Positions 26,551 to 39,297 of a DNA stretch of 64,000 bases are shown here, in pieces (the first letter of the stretch is position 1; the number at the start of each line of letters is the position of its first letter). The stretch covers positions 12,462,001-12,526,000 of the forward strand of contig NC_086108.1 of the NCBI RefSeq assembly GCF_963921235.1. Direction: 5' to 3'. The stretch is from Mobula hypostoma. Lineage: Eukaryota. The translations under genes and the position numbers were made by a program. Under the pieces are notes generated by a model. It was given only the letters and a program-made list of their open reading frames with translations. It was not told where the DNA came from and did no database searches.

Positions 26551-27681
26551 ATAATGCACCATGTCATGCAATTGCTGCTTGTTCTTGCTGTGGCTTTCCC
26601 AACACTTTCCATTGTTAAGACTTTTGGACCCTTGGGTCAGTTCCTTTTGTCTCTGAGAAAACAAATTTTGTTCATCTTCTTTCATTCGGAATTGCAGATT
26701 TTAATATTTAGTGTAATTGTCTCAGGAATCCTTTGATATTGTGACATTTCATTGTCACAGCTGCTCTCAGTGTTGAAGATTTTCCTGACGTCTCATTCTG
26801 AGCCTTCCATATCTCATCCCCCTTTGTAAAATAAACCATGTTGGAAGCTTAATGGAATGAAAATGAGTTTGGGTTTTTCTGACAAGCAAGTCTTCATTTT
26901 CATTCTCATGCATCTGTCTGTATTAAATATTGTTCTCTGTGGAGATATTTTAAAAGACTCTGCTGAATTCAGTCATCTGAGTCTTGATTTGCAGTCTCAC
27001 AGTCAGCCTCGGTGAGCATTGACATCTTGCTGCTCATTCTTGCTGCACAGAGTCAATTAGATTGTGCGGTGGTTGAGAAATTATCATTAACCATTATACT
27101 TCCATGCGAATGTGCAGCTCCGCTCCTCCACTTGAAATCTCTTCCCTTGTCACACAGCCCAAAGACTGTCCCATAAGGAAACAGAAGCATTCTGCACGAA
27201 GGAGCACCAGCTCATAATTTGCCCTACAACATGGAGTGGGTCCTGCTTACTCCAAGAGTCACAGAACCAGGAGTTAAGGAAGATGGGAAAAATTTTAGTG
27301 CTGCACCCTGAGTCAACAAATGACACGGTGCTAGATTGAACTGAACTGAGCTGAACCGAACATTCTTGCACTGTCTCGATGACTTTGTGGTTGATGTTTT
27401 ATATTCTGCATTTTTGCTCATTTTCAAGCAATTTGCGTGATTAGTTCTCTTTTTTTAAAGAGTTGAGAGCCTGATGTTTTTTCCCTTTGAACAGGTTCCA
27501 TGGTTTTCTTTGTTTCCTGGCTGTCTGTGGGAAGACAAATCTCAGGGTTGTATACTGCATGTATATTTCATTAAATAACTGACCTTTGAATATTTGAATC
27601 ATTTTTTTCTCCACTGCAGGGTGGCCTGAGAATAAAACAAAAACTGTATGATTTCTATTCCAAATCTGCTCAAGTTACTTA

Positions 27682-28214
27682 CACTCCCCAGTGGCCACTT
27701 TATTAAGTACACCTCTACACCAGCTCATTAATATAAATATCTAATCAACCAATCACATGGCAGGAACTCAATGCATAAAAGCATGCAGACATGGTCAAGA
27801 GGATCAAGAGGTTCATTTGTTATCAGACCAAATATCAGAAAATGTGATTTAAGTGACTTTGACTGCGGAAAAGTGTTGCTGCCAGCAATTGATTATTGGG
27901 TTTCAGATTATTGGGATTTTCACATAGAACATTTTCTAGAATTCAAAAAAAACACATTGAGTGAGTGGTAGTTCTGTGAGAGAAAATACCATGTGAATGA
28001 GAGCAGTCAGAGAAACATGGCCAGACTGGTTCAAGATGACAGGAAAACAACAGCAACTCAAGAAATCACACATTACAACTGTGGTGTTCAGAAAAGCAAC
28101 TCTGAATGCATTGATGTTTGACATGGATAGGCTACAGCAGCTGAAGACCATGCACATACACTTGGTGGTCACTTTATTAGGTATAGGAGGCTCCTAATAA
28201 CTGACCACTGAATA
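27682..28214. mobile_element. Tc1/mariner-type non-autonomous element
   Basis: TA-flanked; TIR-like 'cagtggccactttatta' / 'cctaataactgaccactg'. Confidence 0.7.
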
Positions 28215-28524
28215 TATTTCCTTCAGAATAAAATAATTTGGAGCCTCATCCAAAAGCCTTATGTACTGTTTTGGCCTTTGGGCCGAAATTCCTCCAATCA
28301 CAAATAAAAACACAAACCAAAACGAGAAACTATTGGAGGTAATCTGCAGGTCAACAAGCCTCAGTGGGGAAGAAGCAGAGTCAATGAGGTGAACGGGAGA
28401 CACCTTCGGAGAGACGTGATGGTGTAAGTGAGCCCTGGTCAACAATAAGAAGGGAACACTGAGATTAAAGGAGCAGATAGAAGTCCCATTGGAGAGAGGG
28501 ACACCGCCTCAGGGTAGATGTTCA

Positions 28525-28995
28525 GAATTAGAATCGCAATCAGAATTAGGTTTAATATCACTGGCATATGTTGTGAAATTTGTTGTCTTTGTGGTAGCAG
28601 TACAATACAATACCTAATTTGATAAAAGGAATTACAGTAAGTATATATACAAAATAGTTACATCAAGTAAGTAGTCCAAAAATAGAAAAAAAAGTAGTGA
28701 GGTAGTGTTCATGGGTTCACTGTCCAATCAAAAAATCAGATGACAGAGGGGAAGAATCTGTTCCTGAATCATTAAGTGTATGCCTTCTGGCTCCTGTACC
28801 TCCTTCCTGATGGTAGCAATGAGAACAAAGCATGATCTGGGTGATGGGGTCCTTAATAATCGATGCCAATTTTTAGATGCATCGCTCTTTCAAGATGTCC
28901 TGGACACTATGGAGGCCAGTGCCCATGATGGAGATGAACCTATGTTTGCAACTTCCTGCATTTCTGTAGCTTATTTTCATCCTGTGCAGTAGCCT
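28525..28995 (-). mobile_element. Rex1/Babar-type LINE 3' fragment
   Basis: Homologous to 21657-22105. Confidence 0.75.
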
Positions 28996-29136
28996 CCACC
29001 ACTCCCCCACCCCAACCAGACTGGATACTGCCTCAGCTACAGGTAGTACAGCAGTTTCTATTTCTATTTCAGATCTCTAGAAGTTTTGTTGAACCCTGAT
29101 CAGGTGATTTGTTTCGGTCCCCAGTGGTAAATAGGC

Positions 29137-30628
29137 AATAGACAATAGACAATAGGTGCAGAAGTAGACCATTCGGCCCTTCGAGCCTGCACCGCCATTC
29201 TGAGATCATGGCTGATCATCTACTATCAATACCCAGTTCCTGCCTTGTCCCCATAACCCTTGATTCCCCTATCCATAAGATACCTATCTAGCTCCTTCTG
29301 GAAAGCATCCAGAGAATTGGCCTCCACTGCCTTCTGAGGCAGCGCGTTCCACACCTCTACAACTCTCTGGGAGAAGAAGTTCCTCCTCAACTCTGTCCTA
29401 AATGACCTACCCCTTATTCTTAAACCATGCCCTCTGGTACTGGTCTCTCCCAGCATCTGGAACATATTTCCTGCCTCTATCTTGCCCAATCCCTTAATAA
29501 TCTTATATGTCTCGATCAGATCCCCCCTCAATCTCCTTAATTCCAGCGTGTACAAGCCCAGTCTCTCTAACCTCTCTGCGTAAGACAGTCCGAACATCCC
29601 AGGAATTAACCTAGTGAACCTACGCTGCACCTCCTCCACAGCCAGGATGTCCTTCCTTAACCCTGGAAACCAAAACTGCACACAATACTCCAGGTGTGGT
29701 CTCAACAGTGCCCTGTACAAATGCAAAAGGGTTTCCTTGCTCTTGTACTCAATTCTCTTTGTAATAAAGGCCAACATTCCATTAGCCTTCTTCACTGCCT
29801 GCTGCACTTGCTCATTCACCTTCAGAGACTGATGAACAAGTGCTCCTAGATCTCTTTGTATTTCTCCCTTACCTAACTCCACACTGTTCAGATAATAATC
29901 TGCCTTCCTGTTCTTGCTCCCAAAGTGAATAACCTCACACTTATTCACATTAAATGCCATCTGCCAAGTTTCTGCCCACTCACCCAGCCTATCCAAGTCA
30001 CCTTGAATTCTCCTAACATCCTCATCACATGTTACACTGCCACCTGGCTTAGTATCATCAGCAAATTTGCTGATGTTAGTCACAATGCCTTCCTCTAAAT
30101 CATTGAAGTAAATCGTAAACAGCTGTGGTCCCAATACCAAGCCCTGTGGCACCCCACTAGTCACCACCTGCCATTCCGAGAAACACCCATTCACTGCTAC
30201 CCTTTGCTTTCTATCTGCTAACCAGTTTTCTATCCATGTCAATATCCTCCCCCAATGCCATGAGCTCTGATTTTACCTGCCAATCTCCTATGTGGTACCT
30301 TATCGAATGCCTTCTGAAAGTCAAGGTACACCACATCCATTGGATCTCCTGCGTCTGTCTTCCTGGTTACATCCTCGAAAACCTCCAATAGATTAGTCAA
30401 GCATGATTTTCCCTTGGTAAATCCATGCTGGCTCGGCCCAATCCTATCACTGCTATCAAGATATGCTGCTATTTCATCTTTAATAATGGACTCTAGCATT
30501 TTCCCCACTACTGATGTTAGGCTAACAGGGCAATAGTTCTCTGTTTTCTCCCTCCCTCCTTTCTTAAAAAGTGGGATAACATTAGCCATTCGCCAATCCT
30601 CAGGAACTGATCCTGAATCTAAGGAACA
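29137..30628 (-). mobile_element. Young 5'-truncated CR1 LINE (RT to 3' end), one frameshift, (ctattgt)n tail
   Basis: ORFs 30239-30589 and 29226-30242 (338 aa, GVPQG, KFADDTK). Confidence 0.95.
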
Positions 30629-30732
30629 TTAGTAAAGTCACAGGAATTATCACAGAAACCCAGAAAATGGGTTCAATTGGTCTTTCATGTGATTAAACCA
30701 ATATACAAGTTATTTTGGAAACACACTTGCCT

Positions 30733-31777
30733 CAGGGCTCCCCAGGGCTGTGTGCTCAGTCCACTGTTGTTCACTCTGCTGACCTATGACTGTGCTGCAA
30801 CACACAGCTCGAACCACATCATCAAGTTCGCCGATGACACGACCGTGGTGGGTCTCATCAGCAAGAACGATGAGTCAGCATACAGAGAGGAGGTGCAGCG
30901 GCTAACGGACTGGTGCAGAGCAAACAACCTGTCTCTGAATGTGAACAAAACAAAAGAGATGGTTGTTGACTTCAGGAGGACACAGAACGACCACTGTCCG
31001 CTGAACATCGACGACTCCTCCATAAAGATCGTTATGAGTACCAAATTTCTTGGTGTTCACCTGGTGGAGAATCTCACCTGGTCCCTCAACACCAGCTCCA
31101 TAGCAAAGAAAGCCCAGCAGCGTCTCTACTTTCTGCGAAGGCTGAGAAAAGTCCATCTCCCACCCACCCATCCTCACCACATTCTACAGAGGTTGTATCG
31201 AGAGCATCCTGAGCAGCTGCATCACTACCTGGTTCGGAAATTGCACCATCTCGGATCGCAGGACCCTGCAGCGGATAGTGAGGTCAGCTGAGAAGATCAT
31301 CGGGGTCTCTGTTCCCGCCATTACAGACGTTTGCACCACACGCTGCATCCAAAAAGCAAACAGTATTATGAAGGACCTCACGCACACTTCATATAAACTC
31401 TCCTCCCTCTAGCCATCTGGCAAAAGGCACCAACGCATTCGGGCTCTCACGACCAGAATATGTAACAGTTTCTTCCCCTAAGCCATCAGACTCCTCAATA
31501 CCCAGAGCCTGAACTGACACCAACCTACTACCCTCTACTGTGCTTATTGTCTTGTTTATTATTTATTGTAATGCCTGCACTGTTTTGTGCACTTTATGCA
31601 GTCTTGGGTAAGTCTGTAGTCTAATGTAGTTTTTGTGTTGTTTTACATAGTTCAGTGTAGTTTTTGTATTGTTTCATGTAGCACCATGGTCCTGAAAAAC
31701 ATTGTCTCGTTTTTACTGTGTACTGTACCAGCAGTTATGGTCGAAATGACAAAAAAAAATGACTTGACTTGACTTGT
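30733..31777 (+). mobile_element. Young Rex1/Babar-type LINE 3' part, (ttgac)n tail
   Basis: '[19 protein letters not shown]...IIKFADDTTVVGLI...NVNKTKEMVVDFRR...KKAQQRLYFLRRL'. Confidence 0.9.
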
Positions 31778-31849
31778 TTCTGCGGTATTCTATGGGACAT
31801 GTTGGAATGGTGTGGAATCAGAAGAAGATAGTTCCAGTGAAACTGCTGT

Positions 31850-32765
31850 ATTACCTGGTAGCGACATCCTTCAGACAGTTCGTGAATCTACTTCTTTCCC
31901 TTCTTTTATGCCTTCTTTTTCTTTCAAATGTGGTTCTGCTACTGTTGTAGCCTGCAATCTACATTTTGGTGGTGTGTTATCAGGTTAATTGAGCGATCTG
32001 ACACTCTGCTGTTTCCAAGGTTGTTCAGGCAGGTTTTGAGAAAATTATGTGGCCTCAAGGCCAAGAAACCTGGAAATGACATGAGCCCATGATTGACTCT
32101 ATTTCTCACCAATCTTACTGATTAAAGCATTGAGAAAGATTGAACATCATTGAGAATGAGAGAAGGTGGCGATCGGGTGTTCAGCACTGTTTACCTGTGT
32201 TTAATTGGTCTCTCTCTCCCTCTCACTTGCTGCTCCTGGGGGAAGGTGTCTGAGTGTGATGGTCTCTCTCTCCCTCTCACCCACTGCTCTCAGAGGAAGG
32301 TCCCTGTATTTGAATGGTCTCTCTCTCACCCTTTCACTCTGGGAATGAGTGCCAGAGGACTGGGTCTTGGGCAAGGTTTAATTGATGCAGTTTGTAGATT
32401 GGACTCTGTCATTCAGATTATGATGAATTCCTGCTTTCTGCTTGCTCCTTTTTTTTTGTGTGAACTGGATCCGTGTCCCGAGTTAATGATCATCACAGTG
32501 TTACATTGAACTGAACTGAGCTGGACTGAATATGCCTGGGCTCTTATAGTTTGGTGTTTTATATTCTGTGGGTTTTTTTTTTTGCTTGTCTTTTTACCAT
32601 TTGTGTATTTTTTGTGCATTGAGGGTTTGCTGTTTTCCTTTGAACAGGTTGGTTCCATGATTTTTCTTCGTTACGTGGCGGTCTGTGGGGAAGACAAATC
32701 TCAAATTTGTACACTGCATATATACTTTGATAATAAATGTACTTTGAATCTTGAATCTTTGAATC
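31850..32765 (+). mobile_element. Non-autonomous ~0.9-kb retroposon, (ttgaatct)n tail
   Basis: Collinear with 38205-39297 and 49250-49995; no ORF. Confidence 0.7.
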
Positions 32766-33476
32766 TAGTCCTGAGCTCAGAGGATGATGAAAGAGCCCTT
32801 GTCCCAGGTATTTACAATGTCAATGAGTAGCTGCAGCCTTCTAAACATGCCTAAATTTGCAGAGTCTGTAACACTGCCCACTCATATCCACGCATGAGCA
32901 AAACTGTCAGAATTCATTCTGGACATTCAGTAGTGAATAGGTTGAAGCAACAATGTCTGATTCATCCTCAAGCAGATATGATTTGGGAACCAAACAATAG
33001 GGTTCAAAAATGCAGCTTTATTGGTAATCCAATGTGACACTAAAGCATGGCTAATGGAATCCAGTTTCAAATTATATTTGAGTTTTCCACACTCTGCTGT
33101 GTCATGGCTCTTTCCTTTGCTACATATTTTAAAGTTTTTTTATATCACTACACAATGGTCGAGTTTGAAGCAATAACCATCTTTCTCCCCTCTCGAATAA
33201 AGACATTTAGTTGAACTGTTGACTGGTGCAGATAGGAGTGAGCGAGGCCATTCCAGGACCATGGACAGCTCTTGAAAGTCATGTCAACGCCCCTCCCTGC
33301 TCCACGGTCCAGGCACTTTTTTGACATCCAAATCATGAACTACCTTCGTCCAGAGGGTGCAATTGCAGATGTTTTTCCTATGCTCAACCTTTCACTGCTG
33401 GTACTGAACATCTTTCAGAAAAAAGCAAAATTCTTTGTCATTAAACGACAATAGCAGATGTTACCTACAGACTGCG

Positions 33477-33712
33477 ATGACAAGCCTGGGTGTCACTGAC
33501 TATAGGCAGAGCAGTACAGGCGTGGTCCTGACAGCTCCATTAGTACTTGGTGACCACAGGCAGAGAGAGATATAGACATGACAAGCCTGAGAGTTATTGA
33601 CTACAAGCAGAGCAGTACAGGTGTGGTCCTGACAGATCCAACAGTACTTTATGACTGCAGGCAGAGGGAGATAGCTATAGAAATGACAGGCCAAGGAGTT
33701 CCTGACTACAGG
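33477..33712. repeat. Degenerate ~101-105-bp tandem repeat, about 2.3 copies
   Basis: 'atgacaagcctg...gcagagcagtacaggYgtggtcctgacag' starts at 33477, 33578 and 33683. Confidence 0.8.
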
Positions 33713-34180
33713 TGAATGTTTTCAGACAGAATCAGAAGCCACCATGATTGACTTGGAAATCCTCAGACATAGATGCTTGCCAGACAAAATGACTCCCCTC
33801 TCTCTTAGAGAAAAGGCTCACTCCTCCAGTAGCGATGAGATTTTGCCTTGTGCCTTTCTCTTGCTTCCAATCCTTCCAGGAGCCAGCATGATGACCAGGC
33901 AGTTCACAAAAGGCAAGCTTCAGACCAGGTCTCACAGTGAACACCATGGTCTCTAACACCCCTGAAAGGTTACGGGGGAAGGCCGGGAACTGGGGTTGAG
34001 GAGGAGATTTTTAAAAAGGGATCAGCCATGATTGAATGGTGGAGCAGACTCGATGGGCCAGGTGGCCTAATTCTGCTCCTATGTCTTATGGTTTTCTGGG
34101 TATGGTGATCTCTCCACACAGTTGCTCATGATCACAGGTGCTTGTTGATCAAATCTCTGGGCTGTATATGGTGACTTTTA

Positions 34181-37153
34181 AGTACTCTGCAAAAGTCTTA
34201 GGGATATATATATAGCTAAGACTTTTGCACAGTACTGTAGTAATTTTATGTTTTACACTGTACTTGTTATATAGGGGCTGTGCACATTCCTGATTTGATG
34301 GAGATGGACGTGAGAAGCATGGAGGAACATCTGGAGAAACTTCTGAAATGCCTGGTTCGCTGCCGCTGCTACTGTGCAACGAGAATCTCTGGAGGGGAAG
34401 CCCCCAAATCCTCGGGTTTGCCTATTGCCTGTTTCCGGGACCGGGGTCAAAGCACTCGGCAGAGATGGTGCTCGGTGCTCAGTGTCGGAGGGCTGGTCGT
34501 AGGCTCAAAGTTTTCGGACGGACTCAGAGTCGAACTGCGGTCGGGTGTTTCCAGGATGCTGCATTGGCAAGTTTGCGGCACTGGAAGCTCATGGCAGGGA
34601 GACTTTTTCCCTTCAACTGTCTGGGTGAGGTGATGGGACTTTCGAGAGACTTTGAGATTTTTTTTTACTGTGCCCATGGTCTGTTCTTCATCAAACTACG
34701 GTTTTGCTTTGCACTTTTGTAACTATATGTTATAATTATGTGGTTTTTGTCAGTTTTTTAAAGTCTTGGTTTATCTTGTGTTTCTGTGATATCATTCTGG
34801 AGGAACAAATTGTATCATTTCTTAATGCATGCATTACTAAATGACAATAAAAGAGGACTGCGTGTCCTCATAATCTAATCTAATCTAATCTAATCTAATC
34901 CACTGCTGTTACAAAAAAATCATGACATTTGAGTGCTGATGAATCTGATTCTGATTTGAGTCACTATTGTAGACTAACAGTGGGAAGAGTGGGCAGGGAG
35001 AACAGAATCATAGTATGGAAAAAGGAAAGGGAGAGGACAGTGAGCTGGAAGCACCAGAGACATTCTGTAACGATCTATAAGCTAATTGTTTGGAATTAAA
35101 TGACCTTGCTTTGCGTCTAATGGCTAGGTGTGTCTGCACCCACATCACCTCCCCACCCCAATCTGCCCCTGACACTCCTTCTCTGTCACCTGTCCCACAC
35201 CTTTCAGGTGGCTCTCCACCCTTGTCATTCCCAACATTGTATGCTCTCGCCAGATTTGCAGACTCGCTCTCTGCTCCATGTTGACAAATAGAGTACCGTG
35301 CAAAAGTCAAAGCAACACACACAAAATGCTGGAGGAACTCAGCAGGTCAGGCAGCATCTATGGAAATGAATATACAGTCAATGGTTCAAGCCGAGACCGT
35401 TCTTCAGTACTGAGAAGGAAGGAGTTAGATGTTTGAACAAAAAGGTGGGAGGAGAGGTGGAAGGTGATAGGTGATGGGAAGGTGGGTGGGAAAAGCTGGA
35501 GAAGAAGGAATCTGATGAGAGGGGAGAGTGGGAAATGGGAGAAGGGGAAGGAGGAGAGACCCCAGAGGAAGTAATGGGCAGGTGAGAAGAAGTAAAAGGT
35601 CAGAGTGCAAAATAATGAAAGGAGGTGGAATTTGTTTACTGGAAGGATAAATCGGTATTGCCGCCAGGTTGGAGGGTACGTCGACAGAATATAAGAAGTT
35701 GCTCCTCCACCCTGAGGATGGCCTCACCGTGGCACAAAAGGAGGCCATGGACTGAAATGTCAGAGCGGGAATGGGAATGAGAATTAAAATGTCAGTTTAC
35801 CGGGAAGTCCTGCTTGTGGCAAATGGTGTGGAAATACTCGAGAAAGCTGGATCCACTGCAGTTTGCCTATCGTCACATTGGTCAACTGCAGAAGCAATCT
35901 CAATGGCTCTTCACACAGTCTTAAACCATCTGGACAACACAAACACCTATGTCAGGATGCTGTTCATTGACTATACCTCGGCATTTAACACCATCATTCA
36001 CACAATCCTGATTGGTAAGTTACAGAACCTGGGCCCCTGTACCTCCCACTGTAATTGGATCCTTGACTTCCTAAATGGAAGACCACAATCTGTGCAGATT
36101 GGTGATAACATCTCCTCCTCGCTGACGATCAACACTGGCACACATCAGGGGTGTGTGCTTAGCCCACTGCTCTACTCCCTCTATAGCCATGATTGTGTGG
36201 CTAGGCATAGCTCAAATATCATCTATAAATTTGCTGATGATACAACCATTGTTGGTAGAATCTCAGGTAGTGACGAGAGGGCGTACAGGAGTGAGATATA
36301 CCAACTAGTGGAGTGATGTCACAGCAACAACCTAGCACTCAATGTCAGTAAGATGAAAGAGCTGATTGTGGACTTCAGGAAGGGTAAGACAAAGGAACAC
36401 ATACCAATCCTCACAGAGGGATCAGAAGTGGAGAGAGCGAGCAGTTTTAAGTTCCTGGGCATCAAGATCTCTGAGGACCTAACCTAGTCCCAATGTAGCT
36501 ATAAAGGAGGCAAGACAATGACTATACTTCATTAGGAGTTTGAAGAGATTTGGTATGTCAACAAATACAATCAAAACCTTCTATAGATGTACCATGGAGA
36601 GCATTCTGACAGGCTGCACCACTGTCTGGTATGGAGGGGTGCAGAGGGGCTACTGCACAGGACTGAAAGAAGCTGCAGAGGGTCGTAAATTTAGTCCGTT
36701 CCATCTTGGGTACTAGCCTACAAAGTACCCATGGCACCTTCAAGGAGCAGTGTCTCAGAAAGGCAGCGTCCATTATTAAGAACCTCCAGCACCCAGGGCA
36801 TGCCCTTTTCTCACTGTCATCATCAGGTAGGAGGTACAGAAGCCTGAAGGCACACACTCAGTGATTCAGGAACAGCTTCTTCCCCTCTGCCATCCGATTC
36901 CTAAATGGGCATTGAACCCTTGGACACTACCTCACTTCTTTAATATATATTATTTCTGTTTTAGCACAATTTTAAATCTATTCAATATACATATAGTGTA
37001 GTTTATTTATTTATTTTCCCTCTTCTAGATTATGTATTGCATTGAACTGCTGCTGCTAAGTTAACAAATTTCACAACACATGCCAGTGATAAAAAACCTG
37101 ATTCTGATTCTGATTCTATCTATATGTGCCCGAGGCTTTTGCACAGTACTGTA
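34181..37153. mobile_element. Tc1-type composite element with hairpin ends, interrupted by a retroposon (~34265-34900), a PLE (35310-35845) and a Rex-type LINE (35853-37115)
   Basis: TIR motif 'gtactgtgcaaaagtcttag' in both orientations at 34183-34236, and split at 35291-35308 / 37125-37153; internal part recurs at 45240-45585. Confidence 0.55.
35853..37115 (+). mobile_element. Rex1/Babar-type LINE (RT to 3' end), (ctgatt)n tail
   Basis: '[17 protein letters not shown]...[17 protein letters not shown]...[10 protein letters not shown]'. Confidence 0.9.
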
Positions 37154-38204
37154 TGAACTTTGAGAATAAATTTACTTTGAACTTTGAACTTTGAATTGCA
37201 GAATTTTGAAGTTGAAGCCCTTTGTTGAACCAAGACCCAATTCGTTCAGCTGAAACATGACAGAGGAGAGAGCGAGAAAGAACTGGCTAGGCTAATGGGT
37301 GGAGGGGAGGGGGGGAGTTGGTGGAGGTGGGTTGGTTTCCGCAGAAGATGCGAAAAATGATGGAAAAGAATGACCGGGTGGAAAAAAGCATTCAGCAACT
37401 GTTCAATAATTTCAGTCTTACAGCTTATCCAAAGGCTTAATTACTGCGTTTGTAACCAGCTCAGAGAAAGTTTAGTCATCCATTCTTATAACAGGTCAAA
37501 TTTATCTCCATAATATTCACCCAAGTGGAAAAGCATGGGAATATTAAATCAAAAGATTAACCCAAATTATATGTAATTCCATAGCACAAAAATAATTGTT
37601 CAATGATCTATGATGGCTGCATTTGGCAACTAAAGTGATCATTTCTTCATCAATGCTTTCTGAAATTACCTGCAGTAACAGGTTGATATTGAACAGGATG
37701 GGGTAATTTTAGTTCAGCTGTGCCTTGCTGATAGCCTGTTTTCAATCAATGCCAGGCAAGTCCCGTCACTCCACACCTATCTTCCTCCTACATCTTAGTC
37801 CAAATTTCTAATGTTAGCCATCCCTTGACATTAGCTGCAAACTCATTCCATTCGTCAATATTCAAGGTCAAAAGTGTGTTTGAACAGAATTATTACTTAC
37901 TTGAAAGTAAATATGTGCAGGATCAAAAAAGCAATGAATTTGTCCTTAAATCATAACCTAAATAGGCATATCTGTGAGAAAACTATGTTGAGGCTCTTTA
38001 CAGGAGATGAAAGAGCTTGTCCAGGAGCTGTCATGATGTGGTGTGTCCAGAGATATGTGCTGCTATCTTGACTGACTTTTCGATGTGTTCAGTAGGCAAT
38101 GAGTGGCAAAGCCTCCATTAGGAACATGAACACTCACGGATGTTCCTTTTGGGGATGTTTCTGACCTGCTTTTGGCCAGTTCTGGTTCCATGGCGCCAGC
38201 AAAC

Positions 38205-39297
38205 GATGTGACCAAAGATGACATCCAGCAGACAGTTCACAAAACTGCTTCCTTTGTTTCTTTTACTCCTTCTTATTTCAGATATGATTCTGCTACTATT
38301 GGAGCCTGTGATTTACATTTTGATGGTGTGTTTTTGGGCCAATTGAGCGATCTGGTGTTTTTCTGTCTCCGAGGGAGTTCGGAGAGATTTTGAGCAGAGT
38401 GTGTGGCCTGGAGACAGGGCACGAGCCCGCAAGCGACTCCATTTCTCACCGATCTTTCTGATGAAGGGGCCCTTGTCCCAGGTATTTACAACATCCATGA
38501 GCAGCTGTAGCCTTCTGAACATGCCTAAATTTACAAAGAGTCTGTAACACCCCTCATTCACACCTAAGCATGAACAAAACTGTCAGAATTCACCCTGGAC
38601 ATTCATCAGTGAATAAGTTGAAGCAACAATGTCTGGTTCATCCTCAGGCAGAGCAAGATTGAAATCAATGAGGATGAGAGTGGGAGATACAAGTATCAAC
38701 ACCACCTGCTTGCGTGTGATCAGTCTCTGTCTCTCTCACTCTTGCTCGCTGCTCCCAGAGGAAGGCGTCTATGTTTGACCAGTTTCTCACTCTCTTGTTA
38801 TTCCCAGAGGAAAGTGCCTGAGTTTGACTGGCATCTCTCTCTCCCTCTCACTCGATGCTGTGGGAGGTTAGTACTGGAGTCTTGGGACTTGGGCAAGGTT
38901 TAATTGGTGCGGTTTGTAGATTACATTCTGTAGTTCACGTCATGATGTGTTTCTGATTCCTGGTTGCTCCTTCCTTAATGCTGTTTTGTGCAATTTTGAT
39001 CGGGGCAGACTGGTTCTGCGGTCTGAAGCCAACAAACCACACAGTGCTAGATTGAACTGAACTGAACATTCTTGGACTGTTTTGATGACTTTGTGGTTTG
39101 ATGGTTTATATTCTGAGTTTTTTGCTCATTTTTTGCCATTTGCATGATCTGGATTTTTTTGCGCATTGTGGCTTTGATATTTTTCTCTGAATGGGTTCTA
39201 TGGTGTTTCTTTGTTTGGTGGCTGCCTGCGGGAAGACGAATCTCAGGGTTGTATATTGCACTCATACTTTGATAATAAGTATGCTTTGAATCTTGAA
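38205..39297 (+). mobile_element. Non-autonomous retroposon carrying a ~190-bp insert (38460-38652) duplicated from 32780-32975
   Basis: Collinear with 31850-32765 except for the insert. Confidence 0.65.

Noticed and set aside
32780..32970. C/D box snoRNA (ATGATGA...CTGA)
   Set aside because: The terminal stem overlaps the C box, and the duplicate at 38460 has lost the D box; kept only as an unexplained duplication
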